DNA of 64,000 nt from the NCBI GenBank assembly GCA_944383905.1, contig CALWRI010000003.1:48845-112844 (forward strand). Direction: 5' to 3'. Positions 25,207-35,805 of this stretch are shown one piece after another. The notes under the pieces were generated by a model, which searched no databases, was not told the DNA's origin, and worked only from the letters and a program-made list of their open reading frames with translations. Every line of letters begins with the position of its first letter. Position 1 is the first letter of the stretch. Source of the DNA: an uncultured Christensenellaceae bacterium. GTDB taxonomy: Bacteria; Bacillota; Clostridia; Christensenellales; UBA3700. The position numbers were made by a program, and so were the translations under genes.

Positions 25207-26082
25207 ATGAAGAAAATCAGAAAAGCAGTCATTCCCGCCGCGGGTTTCGGCACGAGATTTCTGCCCGCTACCAAGGCGATCCCCAAAGAGATGCTCCCGA
25301 TAGTGGACACGCCGACGTTGCAATACGTCGTCGAGGAAGCCGTCAAGAGCGGCATTACGGAAATTCTCATAATCATCGGCAAAAACAAGAAGTGTATCGA
25401 GGACCATTTCGACAAGGCGGTCGAGCTTGAACAGATACTCGAAAGAGAGCACAAGGACGCCTATCTCAAAGTCGTAAGGGATATTACGAATATGGCGCAT
25501 ATCCATTACGTCAGACAAAAAGAAATGAACGGTAGCGGCAGCGCGGTGCTCGAAGCCGAAGCGTTCATTTCAGGAGAGCCTTTTGCGGTAATGTACGGCG
25601 ACGACATCGTTTACAACCCAGAAAAGCCCTGTCTCAAACAGCTTATCGACGCATACGAGACCACGGGTAAGTCGGTGATCGCCTGCCAGGAAGTGCCTGA
25701 AAGCGAGACGAGCAAGTACGGCATCGTGCGCCCGGGACAGACGAAGGGCAGATATGCCGAAGTGCTCGAGCTTGTCGAAAAGCCCAAGCCGGGTACGGCG
25801 CCGTCGAGACTTGCGAATATCGGCAGATACGTTCTGACTCCCGACATCTTCGATCTGATAAAAAAATGCAAGCCCGCACCCAACGGAGAGATATATCTCA
25901 CCGACGCGATAGAGATGATGGCAAAGAGCACCGGCGTGTACGCTTATGCGCTTGAAGGCAGGCGTTACGACGTCGGCGACAAGCTGGGATTCATACAGGC
26001 TACGATAGAGTACGCTCTGCGCGACAATACGCTCAAGGACGGATTGACAAACTATATAAAGACGCTTTCAAAAGAACTTTAA
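25207..26082 (+). CDS. galU: UTP-glucose-1-phosphate uridylyltransferase
   Basis: N-terminal KAVIPAAGFGTRFLPATKAIPKEMLPIVD signature. 291 aa. Confidence 0.93.
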   Translation: MKKIRKAVIPAAGFGTRFLPATKAIPKEMLPIVDTPTLQYVVEEAVKSGITEILIIIGKNKKCIEDHFDKAVELEQILEREHKDAYLKVVRDITNMAHIHYVRQKEMNGSGSAVLEAEAFISGEPFAVMYGDDIVYNPEKPCLKQLIDAYETTGKSVIACQEVPESETSKYGIVRPGQTKGRYAEVLELVEKPKPGTAPSRLANIGRYVLTPDIFDLIKKCKPAPNGEIYLTDAIEMMAKSTGVYAYALEGRRYDVGDKLGFIQATIEYALRDNTLKDGLTNYIKTLSKEL

Positions 26083-26088
26083 GATACT

Positions 26089-26116
26089 GCACCCGCGCCG
26101 CGGGTGCTTTTTTTTG
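26089..26116 (+). terminator. Intrinsic terminator after galU
   Basis: GCACCCG-cgccg-CGGGTGC followed by a T8 run. Confidence 0.85.
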
Positions 26117-26185
26117 AATAAAAATAGTTTACGGCGGCAGGATTAATGTATCTGAATAATATACGGAAAAAGCGGGCGGAGAAGC

Positions 26186-26213
26186 GATTTTGCAAGCCGC
26201 AGATTTTGCAAGC
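26186..26213 (+). repeat. Tandem exact 12-mer direct repeat upstream of the ctsR promoter
   Basis: GATTTTGCAAGC at 26186-26197 and at 26202-26213, a 16-bp period. A near-copy, GATTTTGCAAG, occurs at 21798-21808. Confidence 0.7.
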
Positions 26214-26307
26214 ACGTCGTGACGAGCGTTAAGGGCGGGCGCAACTTCGCTTTGCGCGACGCAGCGAAAAAAAACTGAAAATTTTTCAAAAAAATCGCAC
26301 AAAACTA

Positions 26308-26335
26308 TTGACATACGCAAAGATCGTGATATAAT
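26308..26335 (+). promoter_or_regulatory. Near-consensus sigma-A promoter of the ctsR operon
   Basis: TTGACA (26308-26313), a 16-nt spacer, then the extended -10 TGATATAAT (TATAAT at 26330-26335). Confidence 0.7.
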
Positions 26336-26344
26336 TTAGTCGAA

Positions 26345-26362
26345 AGGTCAAAGAAAGTCAAA
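26345..26362 (+). promoter_or_regulatory. CtsR operator (tandem heptad direct repeat)
   Basis: AGGTCAAAGAAAGTCAAA fits (A/G)GTCAAA-NAN-(A/G)GTCAAA. It lies just downstream of the predicted transcription start. Confidence 0.8.
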
Positions 26363-26452
26363 TTTTTTTTAGATCTTGAAAAAATCACCTTTCGCGACTT
26401 GAGCAAAGACGGCGGAGGGAATAAGGGCTTCGGGGTCCGAAGGAGGCGGAAA

Positions 26453-26908
26453 ATGGCGAATATATCCGACAGCATAGAAAAATTCATATTGTCGTTTTTC
26501 GACGACGGGGACGACAGCGTACAGCTTTCGAGAAACGAGCTGGCTCATTATTTCAACGTATCGCCGAGTCAGATAAATTACGTTCTGACGACGCGCTTCG
26601 GGGTGGACAGAGGTTATTATATCGAGTCGAGACGAGGCGGCGGCGGCTTCATTATGCTGGTCAGGCTGTCCCAGGACAAGGAAGATCTGCTCCCCGCGCT
26701 GGTAAAAGAGATTGACAATATCGACGAGCTGACTTACAACAAGGCGGCGGACGTCGTGGACAGGCTCGAAAGAGAGGAAATAATCACTCCCGCGGAAGCG
26801 GACATCATAAAGAGCGCCGTGAGCGACAAGGCGCTGCAATCGGTAGCGGTGGAAAATCTGCGCAAAAACGTGTTCAGAGAAATTCTCATCGCTTTAATAA
26901 GGAGGTAA
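26453..26908 (+). CDS. ctsR: Class III heat-shock repressor CtsR
   Basis: MANISDSIEKFI... N-terminus and the glycine-rich loop IESRRGGGGFI. An AGGAGG ribosome-binding site is present. The CtsR box lies upstream, and mcsA-mcsB-clpC follow. Confidence 0.92.
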   Translation: MANISDSIEKFILSFFDDGDDSVQLSRNELAHYFNVSPSQINYVLTTRFGVDRGYYIESRRGGGGFIMLVRLSQDKEDLLPALVKEIDNIDELTYNKAADVVDRLEREEIITPAEADIIKSAVSDKALQSVAVENLRKNVFREILIALIRR

Positions 26909-26913
26909 CAAGT

Positions 26914-27474
26914 ATGGCAACCAACAACGGAAAACTTCATATGTGTCAGGTGTGCGGCAAAAGACCCGCAACCGTATTCATAAAGAACAGCATAAACGGC
27001 AAGACGATTGAAAAGGAGCTTTGCGCCGAATGTGCGCAGCAGCTTCGCGACAACGGAATGCTCGAGGACATTTTCACAAACGGGATAAACGGATTTTTTT
27101 CCTCGATAATGGGAATGCCTATGGCGGAAGAGCCCGTCGTCAGAGAAAGGACGTGTCCCAACTGCGGAATGACCGAAAGGGCGATAAGGGAGAGCTACAC
27201 CTTCGGGTGCAGCGAGTGTTACGACACTTTCCGCGATCTTGCCAACGAATTCGTATACAAGCTGGGCGGCTCCGAGCACAGGGGCAGGACTCCCAAGGGA
27301 GGCGCGGCGGCAGTTTCGTCGGGCGGATACGAGGAGACGAGAAAGAAGGAGCCCACGCTCGAGGAACGCATAGAGGAGCTTGAACGTAAAAAGAAAGAAG
27401 CGGTGGCGAGAGAGGATTACGAAACCGCTTCGCAGATAAAGAACAAAATCGAAAAACTCAAAGGGAGGGGCTGA
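26914..27474 (+). CDS. mcsA: McsA (UvrB/C-motif zinc-finger activator of McsB)
   Basis: CxxC pairs (CQVCGK, CAECAQ, CPNCGM, CSECY) and a C-terminal UVR motif (REDYETASQIKNKIEKLK). Confidence 0.88.
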   Translation: MATNNGKLHMCQVCGKRPATVFIKNSINGKTIEKELCAECAQQLRDNGMLEDIFTNGINGFFSSIMGMPMAEEPVVRERTCPNCGMTERAIRESYTFGCSECYDTFRDLANEFVYKLGGSEHRGRTPKGGAAAVSSGGYEETRKKEPTLEERIEELERKKKEAVAREDYETASQIKNKIEKLKGRG

Positions 27475-27476
27475 AA

Positions 27477-28475
27477 ATGGATAACAGAGTGGACGACGTG
27501 GTGGTATCGACGAGAATACGTTTTGCAAGGAACGTCAAGGATCTGCCTTTCCCCAAGAGACTGAGCGGACAGGAGGAGATATATTCCGTACTGATGAAGG
27601 GCGTCAAAGAGGCGTGCGACGGACTTTTCAAATCCAGGTTTTACAAGATGTGCGACATTGACAGTCTGCTAGCGCAGTCTTACGTCGAAAAGCATCTGAT
27701 AAGCAACGATCTCGTCAAAAACGTCAACTTCGGCGCGCTGGTCGTCAGTGAAGACGAGGATGTCGCCGTCATGATAAACGAAGAAGACCATATCCGCGAA
27801 CAGTGCGTCGTCGAAGGCTTCGACCTGGACGGCGCTTACAGAAAGCTGGTGAAGGTGGACGAGGCGATAGCCGCAAAACTGAATATCGCCTTCGATCCCA
27901 AACTCGGTTATCTGACCGCGTGCCCGACCAATCTCGGCGCCGCGATGCGCGCTTCGGTCATGGTATTTCTGCCTGCGTTGACTCTGACGAAAAAGATCAA
28001 TTCTCTCATCAACGATCTTCAAAGGCTGGACTTCACGACGAGAGGCGTCTACGGCGAGGGCAGCGGCGCGCAGGGATTTATGTATCAGATCTCAAATCAG
28101 GCGACCGTCGGCAAGAGCGAAGAAGACATAATCAACCTCGTGAAAAAGACGGTTTCGAGGATAATAGAAATAGAACGCAAAGAAAGGGAAAACCTCAAAA
28201 AGACGCACGGCGTCGAGCTTCAGGACAAGATCATGCGTGCGTTCGGGATCCTGACAAACTGCTATCTGATCGATTCCGCGGAGTTCTCCGAGCTTCTCGG
28301 ATACGTCAAGCTGGGAGTTGCGTTGGGATACGTTTCGAGGGATATGGCTAAAATAAACAAATTACTGACTCTCTCTCAACCCGCAATGCTGTGTATGCTC
28401 GCGGCAAAGGTATTGCAGCCGCGCGACAGAGACAAGGCAAGAGCGGCTCTGGGCAGAAAGTTTCTTCAGCAATAA
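27477..28475 (+). CDS. mcsB: Protein arginine kinase McsB
   Basis: ATP:guanido phosphotransferase fold motifs (...NEEDHIR..., [13 protein letters not shown]...). It occupies the expected operon position. Confidence 0.9.
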   Translation: MDNRVDDVVVSTRIRFARNVKDLPFPKRLSGQEEIYSVLMKGVKEACDGLFKSRFYKMCDIDSLLAQSYVEKHLISNDLVKNVNFGALVVSEDEDVAVMINEEDHIREQCVVEGFDLDGAYRKLVKVDEAIAAKLNIAFDPKLGYLTACPTNLGAAMRASVMVFLPALTLTKKINSLINDLQRLDFTTRGVYGEGSGAQGFMYQISNQATVGKSEEDIINLVKKTVSRIIEIERKERENLKKTHGVELQDKIMRAFGILTNCYLIDSAEFSELLGYVKLGVALGYVSRDMAKINKLLTLSQPAMLCMLAAKVLQPRDRDKARAALGRKFLQQ

Positions 28476-28489
28476 AGGAGGTAACGGAC

Positions 28490-30997
28490 ATGAGTAATTT
28501 TTCAAGCGAATGCGAAGAAGTCATCCGCGGCGCGCAGAGATACGCGTCGATCTCGGGAGGACTTCTGGGAACAGAACATATTTTAATGGGTATGGTGACG
28601 GCAAAAGGATGCCGCGCGTATGCCATACTGCAAAGATACGGCATAACGGAGGAAAGCCTCATCGGGCTCGTGGAAGACAACGGTGAGAACAATCCCAACA
28701 TCGTGCTCTCCAACAGAGTGCGCACGATAATGAGATACGCCAACAGCATTTCAGGCTCTATGGGGCGTGACAAAATCGGCTCGGACGCGCTTTTGTATGC
28801 GATGTTCGCGGAGCCGGACAGCGTGGCTATCAGAGCCATCGCGTCGATCGCCGATCCCGAGGAGGTCAAAAACGGCGCGGCGAAATCTCTTATCGGATCG
28901 CAGTCGCAGTATTCGGGCGGCGAGAGTTCTTCGGGTCTGTTCGACTCGCAGGATTCGTCGGCAAAGTCGGGCAAGCTCTCCGAAAACCTGCTCAAATTCG
29001 GCAGCGATCTGACGCAGAAGGCGAGCGAAGGCAAGCTCGACCCGATAATCGGCAGAAGCAAGGAGATCGAAAGGATAATCCAAATACTGTCGAGGCGTAC
29101 CAAAAACAACCCCGTGCTCATCGGCGAGCCGGGCGTGGGCAAGAGCGCGATAGTCGAAGGGCTCGCGCAGGCGATAGTCAAAGGCGAAGTGCCGGAGACT
29201 CTGAAAAACAAGACCGTCTATTCTCTCGACATCACCAGCCTTGTTGCAGGCAGCAAATACCGCGGCGAATTTGAGGAAAAACTCAAAAACGTGATAAACG
29301 AGATAAAGGCGAACGGCAACATAATCGTGTTTATCGACGAGATTCACATGATCGTCGGCGCGGGAGACTCCAAGGACGGAGCAATGGACGCCGCAAACAT
29401 CCTCAAACCCATGCTCGCGAGAGGAGAAATGCAGACGATCGGCGCGACCACGATCGAGGAATACCGCAAGTTTATCGAAAAGGACAGCGCTCTCGAGAGA
29501 AGATTCCAGCCCATAACCGTGGATCCGCCTTCAGTCGAAGATACCGTGACGATCCTCAAAGGCATCAGAGAGAAGTACGAGACCCATCACGGCGTGAAGA
29601 TTACGGACGAGGCGCTCGAAGCGGCGGCGGAGATGTCCGACAGATACATCAGCGACAGGTTCCTGCCAGACAAGGCGATCGACCTTATCGACGAGGCTTC
29701 GTCAAAGAAGAAGACCGGATCGTTCACTCTGCCCAAAGAGGTCAGAGATCTTGAGGAAAAAGAGGCGAAACTCTCTATCGACGAAAAGGCGTGCGCTTCC
29801 CGCGAGGACTACGAAGGCGCGGCAAAGATACAGAAAGAGAAGAAAAAGGTGCACGAGGACATACTCAAAGCCAAGGAAGAATGGATGAAAAACCGCGGCA
29901 AAGAGGATCTGACCGTAACCGCGGACGATATTGCCAACGTCGTTGCGAGCTGGACGTCCATCCCCGTCGTCAAACTTACGGAGAGCGAGGCGGACAGACT
30001 GCTCAAAATGGAAGACATACTTCGCAAGAGAGTTATCGGACAGGAAGAGGCGATCAGCGCGGTCGCAAAGGCGGTCAGGCGTGCGAGAGCGGGTATAAAA
30101 GACCCCAAGAGACCCACGGGATCGTTCATATTCCTCGGACCCACGGGCGTCGGCAAGACAGAGCTTTGCAAAGCGCTCGCAGAGGCGATGTTCGGCGATG
30201 AAAACATGCTTGTGCGCATTGATATGTCCGAGTATATGGAAAAGGAGAACGTCTCCAAACTGATCGGCTCCGCGCCCGGTTACGTCGGCTACGACGAGGG
30301 CGGGCAGCTCACGGAAAAAGTGAGGAGAAAACCTTATTCGGTCGTGCTTTTCGATGAGATCGAAAAGGCGCACCCCGAGGTCTTCAACATCCTGCTTCAG
30401 ATACTCGACGACGGCAGACTGACCGATTCTCACGGCAGGACGATAAACTTCAAAAACACGATCGTAATCATGACTTCCAACGTCGGCGCGGGCGAGATCA
30501 AGGCTTCGAGACTCGGCTTCGGCAGCAAGGACGAGGAAAAGAAGTACGAGGATATGAAGGAAAGGCAGATGGAGGCTTTGAGAAAGAAATTCCGTCCCGA
30601 ATTCCTCAATCGTATCGACGACACGATAATCTTCCGTTCGCTCAACGACGACGACATGAGAAAGATCGTAGATATGCTTCTCGGACAGTTGTCCAAGCGC
30701 CTCGAACAAACGCAGATCACTCTCGACGTGACCGACAAGGCGAAAGAGTATATCGTCAAAGAGGGCAGCAACGTCGAGTACGGCGCGAGACCTCTGCGCA
30801 GGGCGATCCAGAAGATGATCGAGGACGAACTTTCCGAAAAAATCCTGATGAAACAGGTCAAGGAAGGCGACGACGTCAAGGTCGACTTCGACGGTGAAAA
30901 ACTCACGTTTACTTCCTGCAAGAAGGAAGAAGAAAAGGAGGCTCCCGCGGAAAAAGACGACAAAGACGCCCCCGATGGCGGCGCAAAGGAAGAATAA
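28490..30997 (+). CDS. clpC: AAA+ chaperone ATPase ClpC
   Basis: Clp_N repeats, two Walker A boxes (GEPGVGKSA and GPTGVGKTE), and a UVR-like linker ([15 protein letters not shown]). An AAAGGAGG ribosome-binding site precedes ATG 28490. Confidence 0.95.
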   Translation: MSNFSSECEEVIRGAQRYASISGGLLGTEHILMGMVTAKGCRAYAILQRYGITEESLIGLVEDNGENNPNIVLSNRVRTIMRYANSISGSMGRDKIGSDALLYAMFAEPDSVAIRAIASIADPEEVKNGAAKSLIGSQSQYSGGESSSGLFDSQDSSAKSGKLSENLLKFGSDLTQKASEGKLDPIIGRSKEIERIIQILSRRTKNNPVLIGEPGVGKSAIVEGLAQAIVKGEVPETLKNKTVYSLDITSLVAGSKYRGEFEEKLKNVINEIKANGNIIVFIDEIHMIVGAGDSKDGAMDAANILKPMLARGEMQTIGATTIEEYRKFIEKDSALERRFQPITVDPPSVEDTVTILKGIREKYETHHGVKITDEALEAAAEMSDRYISDRFLPDKAIDLIDEASSKKKTGSFTLPKEVRDLEEKEAKLSIDEKACASREDYEGAAKIQKEKKKVHEDILKAKEEWMKNRGKEDLTVTADDIANVVASWTSIPVVKLTESEADRLLKMEDILRKRVIGQEEAISAVAKAVRRARAGIKDPKRPTGSFIFLGPTGVGKTELCKALAEAMFGDENMLVRIDMSEYMEKENVSKLIGSAPGYVGYDEGGQLTEKVRRKPYSVVLFDEIEKAHPEVFNILLQILDDGRLTDSHGRTINFKNTIVIMTSNVGAGEIKASRLGFGSKDEEKKYEDMKERQMEALRKKFRPEFLNRIDDTIIFRSLNDDDMRKIVDMLLGQLSKRLEQTQITLDVTDKAKEYIVKEGSNVEYGARPLRRAIQKMIEDELSEKILMKQVKEGDDVKVDFDGEKLTFTSCKKEEEKEAPAEKDDKDAPDGGAKEE

Positions 30998-31013
30998 GAA
31001 ATCCGCATATAGG

Positions 31014-31046
31014 GCGGCGGCGGAGAGATCCGCCGCCGCTTATTTC
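31014..31046 (+). terminator. Intrinsic terminator after clpC
   Basis: 11-bp stem GCGGCGGCGGA-gaga-TCCGCCGCCGC followed by TTATTT. Confidence 0.75.
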
Positions 31047-31093
31047 GTTGAGTGTTTCGGGCGCGGATGACGCGATTTTTTCTCAAAGACCGA

Positions 31094-31128
31094 AAATGTA
31101 ATTTTTTTGTTTCAAATGCAATTTTTTT
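31094..31128 (+). repeat. 15-nt direct repeat upstream of the ZIP transporter gene
   Basis: AAATGTAATTTTTTT (31094-31108) and AAATGCAATTTTTTT (31114-31128), a 20-bp period. Confidence 0.65.
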
Positions 31129-31189
31129 ATACGGTTTCGCGAAAGCGGTAGTATAATGGTATAGGATAATGAGTTGAGAGGTGTGCCGT

Positions 31190-31990
31190 ATGAGCAACGA
31201 GGGCATTGTAGCTTTGGGTTTTTCGTTGATATTTCTTTTTACTTGCGCCGGTTCCGCGACCGTATACCTGTTCAGGGGAGAGATCTCTCCCAAGCTCAAC
31301 ACGCTTTTTCTCGGTTTTGCGGCGGGCGTTATGATCGCAGCGACGATATGGTCGTTGCTTCTGCCGTCTATGGAAGGCGCGCTCGAGATATTCGACTACA
31401 ACAAGTACATGTCCGTGCTCCCCGCGGCGGTCGGCTTTATCGTCGGAGGTCTTTTTCTCGTGCTTCTCGACAAAGTCATACCTCACTTCCATTTCGGTAC
31501 CGACAAGGAAGAAGGACACAGGAGCAATTTTCAGAAGACGACAAAGTTTTTCCTTGCAGTTACGATACACAATATTCCCGAAGGCATCGCGGCGGGCGTA
31601 GCGTTCGGCGCTGCGGCTTCTCTCGGAGAACATTCCGCTTATATGTCCGCGCTCGGGCTTGCGATCGGTCTCGGACTTCAGAATTTTCCCGAAGGCGCCT
31701 CTGTCGCGCTTCCGATGAAAAACCTGACGGGCAGCAAACACAAGGCGTTTTTGCTCGGGTCGTTCAGCGGTATAGTCGAGCCGATATTCGCGGTGCTCGG
31801 GTATTATCTGTCCGCTTTCGTAAGCGAACTTCAGCCGTGGCTTCTCGCATTTGCGGGCGGCGCGATGATCTTCGTCGTAGCGGAAGACCTTATCCCCGAC
31901 GCGAAACTCGCGGAACATCCGCATCTCGGCACCTGGGGCGTGATGATAGGCTTTGTCGTGATGATGGTGCTCGACGTCGTGCTCGGCTGA
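31190..31990 (+). CDS. ZIP-family divalent metal (zinc) transporter
   Basis: About eight hydrophobic helices with ZIP signatures ...AVTIHNIPEGIAAGVAF... and ...GLGLQNFPEGASVA... I take ATG 31190 as the start, after GAGAGG. Confidence 0.8.
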   Translation: MSNEGIVALGFSLIFLFTCAGSATVYLFRGEISPKLNTLFLGFAAGVMIAATIWSLLLPSMEGALEIFDYNKYMSVLPAAVGFIVGGLFLVLLDKVIPHFHFGTDKEEGHRSNFQKTTKFFLAVTIHNIPEGIAAGVAFGAAASLGEHSAYMSALGLAIGLGLQNFPEGASVALPMKNLTGSKHKAFLLGSFSGIVEPIFAVLGYYLSAFVSELQPWLLAFAGGAMIFVVAEDLIPDAKLAEHPHLGTWGVMIGFVVMMVLDVVLG

Positions 31991-32011
31991 AATCAAATCG
32001 GTATAAATATT

Positions 32012-32042
32012 ACGGAGTCTTGCAAAAGGCTCCGTTTTTTTA
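32012..32042 (+). terminator. Intrinsic terminator after the ZIP transporter gene
   Basis: ACGGAG...CTCCGT stem followed by a T8 run. Confidence 0.8.
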
Positions 32043-32052
32043 TTTTCTCAAG

Positions 32053-32070
32053 CTTACAAAAAACTTACAA
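32053..32070 (+). promoter_or_regulatory. Candidate Pho box (PhoP-type direct repeats) upstream of pstS
   Basis: CTTACAA at 32053-32059 and again at 32064-32070, an 11-bp period. This fits the TT(A/T/C)ACA-N5 repeat logic and lies about 45-60 nt upstream of TACAAT (32113-32118). Confidence 0.5.
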
Positions 32071-32145
32071 TAGACTGACTTTTGCTTGATAGTTAAGAAA
32101 ATCCGCCTTTGATACAATCTTGTTGTACAACACAGGAGGTTTAAT

Positions 32146-32961
32146 ATGAAAGGCAAAAAAATATTGATGTTCGCAATGGTTTGCGTGATTGCCGCAGGTA
32201 TTTGCGCGGCAGCGTTTACGGGATGTTTCGGTTCGGACGCTAACGAAGTGATAATAACGGGTTCTACGTCCGTTACTCCGCTTATGGAGAAACTCGCAGA
32301 GGCATTTGAGGCAAAGAACGGCGACGTTACGATACTCATCACGGGTTCGGGTTCGTCCCAGGGTATAGCAGACGCACAGAAAGGAGCGTGCGAAATAGGC
32401 ATGTCGTCCCGTGTGCTCAAAGCCGAAGAGCTCGAAACTCTTGAGTCTATCGAGATATGCAAGGACGGTATAGCGATAATCGTTAATAAGGATTGCGAAC
32501 TCACCGACGTAACGAGCGATCAGGTTTACAATCTGTATGCAAACGGCACCGCTATCGGCAGCGTAAATACCCCCGTAAACCGTAGTAACGGCAGCGGTAC
32601 GAGAGACGGTTTCAACGAGCTTATCAAAAATTCCGAGGGCAACAGCCTTAAAGAACTCAAAGAGCTCAAAGGCGAAACCCAGGATCAGACGGGCAGCGTT
32701 ATCGAAAGAGTTGCGGGTGCAAAGAACGTTATGGGTTACATATCTCTCGGCTCTCTCAACGACAGAGTAAAGGCGGTAACTCTCGACGGAGTGGCAGCTA
32801 CCGTAGAGAATATCAAATCGGGTGATTACAAACTGCAAAGACCGTTCGTGCTCGCTGTCAAGAAAGACGCAGAGCTCAGCGACGCGGCAAAGAGATTCCT
32901 CGACTTCATACAGAGCGAAGAAGGCAAAAAGATCATCGCGGATTTCGGTTGCATAGTCTGA
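32146..32961 (+). CDS. pstS: Phosphate ABC transporter substrate-binding lipoprotein PstS
   Basis: Lipobox FTGC and ...ITGSTSVTPLMEKLAEAF...GSGSSQGI... An AGGAGG ribosome-binding site is present. Confidence 0.9.
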   Translation: MKGKKILMFAMVCVIAAGICAAAFTGCFGSDANEVIITGSTSVTPLMEKLAEAFEAKNGDVTILITGSGSSQGIADAQKGACEIGMSSRVLKAEELETLESIEICKDGIAIIVNKDCELTDVTSDQVYNLYANGTAIGSVNTPVNRSNGSGTRDGFNELIKNSEGNSLKELKELKGETQDQTGSVIERVAGAKNVMGYISLGSLNDRVKAVTLDGVAATVENIKSGDYKLQRPFVLAVKKDAELSDAAKRFLDFIQSEEGKKIIADFGCIV

Positions 32962-32962
32962 T

Positions 32963-34960
32963 ATGAATCGATCGGTAAAAGTTAATTCCAATACGGTAAA
33001 AGAAACCGTCGCCGGGATCGTGTTTTTCCTGGCGGCGTGTTTCGCCGTATTGTCGGTAGCCGCGATAATCGGCTATCTTTTATATGCGGGCGTGCCCGCG
33101 TTCAGAGAAATAGGCGTATTCAATTTTCTGTTCGGCACGACGTGGTCGCCCGGTTATTCGGGACCCGCATCGGAGAAATTCGGCATACTCCCGATGATAG
33201 TAGGTTCGACTATCGCCACGGGAGGCGCGTTGCTTTTCGGCGGTACGCTCGGCATAGCGGTTGCGGTATTCAACGTTTATTTCTGTCCTGAGAAACTCAA
33301 GATGCCGCTTACGCAGCTTATCAGCGTACTTGCAGGTATTCCCAGCGTTATTTACGGATATTTCGGCTTAAAACAGATCGTTCCCGCACTCGCGGCGATA
33401 AGTCCGAGCGGTAACGGTACGGGTATACTCGCGGTTTCTCTCGTACTCGGCATAATGATTCTTCCCACAGTGGCAAGTCTTGCAAAAGACGCATTGTCGG
33501 CTGTGCCCGAGGCTTATTACGAAGGAGCGCTCGCGCTCGGACTCACCAAGGAACAGAGCGTGTTCAAAGTTCTCGTCCCTTCGGCTAAATCGGGCATAAT
33601 GACGGCTTTGGGGCTCGGCATAGGCAGAGCGGTCGGAGAAACGATGGCAGTCATCATGGTCGCGGGCAATACGGTGCAGTTCCCTAAAGGTCTTTTCGAC
33701 GGCTTTATGACGCTTACGGGCAATATCGTTATGGATATGTCCTATGCGTCCGGAGTACACAGAAGCGCGCTTGTAGCGACGGGTTTCGTTCTGCTCATAT
33801 TCATACTCTTGCTCAACGGTATACTGTACGCAGTCAAGAGCGGCGGAAAAGGCGGAGAAAAGAAAAAGTTCCGTTTTTCTGTCAGCGGCAGCGAAGACGT
33901 TACGTCAAAAGGCAAAACGCGTTCCGCTGCGGGCAGAAAACTGTATGCGGCAAGAGTGAAGACGGCAGGCGCGTTGAATAAATGCATAGATGCGGTATCA
34001 TGTGCCTGTTCGAAAGTAAAGTCGGCTTTTTCGACAGCGTTTGAAAAAATATCGTTTGCTTTCGGCAAGGTCCGCTCAAAGATCTTCGGCACAGGAAAGG
34101 ACGAGAACGGCGACGTCGTTTACAGAACAAGGACGTTCTTTTACACTTTGCTCAAATGGCTGTGTTTCGCGGGCGCGGCGATAATGATCGCGGCGATCGC
34201 ATATCTTATCGGATTTATAGTAGTAAAAGGCGTTCAGGCGTTTATCGTGATAGGCTTTACTGACTTTTTATTCGGAAAAGCGGGAGCAGGCAAAAACTCT
34301 CTCGCGCCCGCTTTCGTAAGTACGGGCGCTCTTATCGGGATCGCGCTTGCGATAGCGTTGCCGATGGGAATATGCGCGGCGATATATCTCGTCGAATATT
34401 CAAAGAGCGGAAGCAGAGCTGTCAGGATAATACGTCTTTTTACGGATACGCTCTCGGGCATACCGAGCATAGTGTTCGGTCTTTTCGGCGTAATAGTTTT
34501 TAACGACGCGTTCGGGCTCGGATACAGCCTGATGTCGGGCGGACTCACGTTGTCGATAATGATACTTCCGACGATAGTTAGGTCGGTGGAGGAAAGTCTG
34601 ATAAACGTTCCGCTTGCATACAGAGAGGCGAGTTACGCTCTGGGTGCGGGCAAAATACACACTATCGGCAAAGTAGTTCTGCCGTGTGCTCTAAAAGGAA
34701 TTCTTACGGCTACGGTACTCAGTATCGGCCGTATAGTAAGCGAATCCGCCGCGCTTTTGCTCACCGCGGGTTCGGTAAAGAATATGCCGAGAAACGTGAT
34801 GTCGCCCGGCAGCAGTTTTGCGGTAATGATGTACATGTTCGCAAGCGAGGGACTTTACATGAACGAGGCATACGCTACCGCGCTCGTACTCATAGTGCTC
34901 GTAGTAGTTATAAACGCGCTCGTATTCGCGATAAGACCCAAAAAGGAGAAAAAAGCATGA
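32963..34960 (+). CDS. pstCA: Fused phosphate ABC transporter permease PstC-PstA
   Basis: 665 aa containing two complete permease modules. Each has an EAA-type loop (...[26 protein letters not shown]... and ...[26 protein letters not shown]...). A Lys/Ser-rich linker of about 100 aa joins them. Confidence 0.85.
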   Translation: MNRSVKVNSNTVKETVAGIVFFLAACFAVLSVAAIIGYLLYAGVPAFREIGVFNFLFGTTWSPGYSGPASEKFGILPMIVGSTIATGGALLFGGTLGIAVAVFNVYFCPEKLKMPLTQLISVLAGIPSVIYGYFGLKQIVPALAAISPSGNGTGILAVSLVLGIMILPTVASLAKDALSAVPEAYYEGALALGLTKEQSVFKVLVPSAKSGIMTALGLGIGRAVGETMAVIMVAGNTVQFPKGLFDGFMTLTGNIVMDMSYASGVHRSALVATGFVLLIFILLLNGILYAVKSGGKGGEKKKFRFSVSGSEDVTSKGKTRSAAGRKLYAARVKTAGALNKCIDAVSCACSKVKSAFSTAFEKISFAFGKVRSKIFGTGKDENGDVVYRTRTFFYTLLKWLCFAGAAIMIAAIAYLIGFIVVKGVQAFIVIGFTDFLFGKAGAGKNSLAPAFVSTGALIGIALAIALPMGICAAIYLVEYSKSGSRAVRIIRLFTDTLSGIPSIVFGLFGVIVFNDAFGLGYSLMSGGLTLSIMILPTIVRSVEESLINVPLAYREASYALGAGKIHTIGKVVLPCALKGILTATVLSIGRIVSESAALLLTAGSVKNMPRNVMSPGSSFAVMMYMFASEGLYMNEAYATALVLIVLVVVINALVFAIRPKKEKKA

Positions 34961-35748
34961 GGCACGATAACGGAATACAGAAATTCGAGCTCGGAGAAAT
35001 TGCCGTAAAGATGAAAGACGTCAATCTGTTTTACGGCGGATTCCAGGCTCTGAAGAATATTAACATGGACGTGAGAAAAGGCGAAATAACCGCTTTTATC
35101 GGTCCGTCGGGTTGCGGAAAATCAACGCTGCTCAAATGTATGAACAGGATGAACGATCTCGTTGAGGGGTGCAGGATAGAGGGAACTTTCGAGATAGGCG
35201 GAGAGAACATATATTCCCCCAAAATGCGCCTTCAGGCATTGAGGAAAAACGTCGGCATGGTCTTCCAGAAACCAAATCCTTTCCCTATGAGCGTCTACGA
35301 CAACGTTACATACGGACCCAAACTGTACGGGATAAAGGATAAGACCACGCTCGGCGAAATAGTAGAAAACTCTCTCAAAAGCGCGGCGATGTGGGACGAG
35401 CTGAAAGACAGGCTCAACAAGTCTGCGCTTGCGTTGTCGGGAGGTCAGCAGCAAAGGCTGTGCATAGCGCGCGCGTTGTCCGTACAGCCGCAGATACTGC
35501 TGATGGACGAGCCCACGAGCGCGCTCGACCCTATTTCTACGGGCAAGATAGAGGAGCTTTGCGAAGAGCTCAAGCAAAAGGTCACCGTGATAATGGTAAC
35601 GCACAACATGCAGCAGGCGGCGCGTATATCCGACAGGACGGGATTTTTCCTTCTCGGAGAACTCATAGAATACGATACGACAGAGAACATATTCTCTAAT
35701 CCTCGCAAAGAGCAGACCGAGCGTTACATCACGGGAAGGTTCGGCTGA
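34957..35748 (+). CDS. pstB: Phosphate ABC transporter ATPase PstB
   Basis: Walker [10 protein letters not shown], signature LSGGQQQRL, and Walker [16 protein letters not shown] overlap with pstCA. Confidence 0.95.
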   Translation: MRHDNGIQKFELGEIAVKMKDVNLFYGGFQALKNINMDVRKGEITAFIGPSGCGKSTLLKCMNRMNDLVEGCRIEGTFEIGGENIYSPKMRLQALRKNVGMVFQKPNPFPMSVYDNVTYGPKLYGIKDKTTLGEIVENSLKSAAMWDELKDRLNKSALALSGGQQQRLCIARALSVQPQILLMDEPTSALDPISTGKIEELCEELKQKVTVIMVTHNMQQAARISDRTGFFLLGELIEYDTTENIFSNPRKEQTERYITGRFG

Positions 35749-35805
35749 TTGCCGAAACGCGCTTGATATGCGCAAAGACTAATGATATAATATCAAGGAG
35801 CAAGT

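Noticed and set aside
26129-26487. Minus-strand ORFs of 63 aa and 60 aa overlapping the ctsR promoter and operator region
   Set aside because: They overlap a near-consensus + strand promoter and the CtsR box, and they have no ribosome-binding site.
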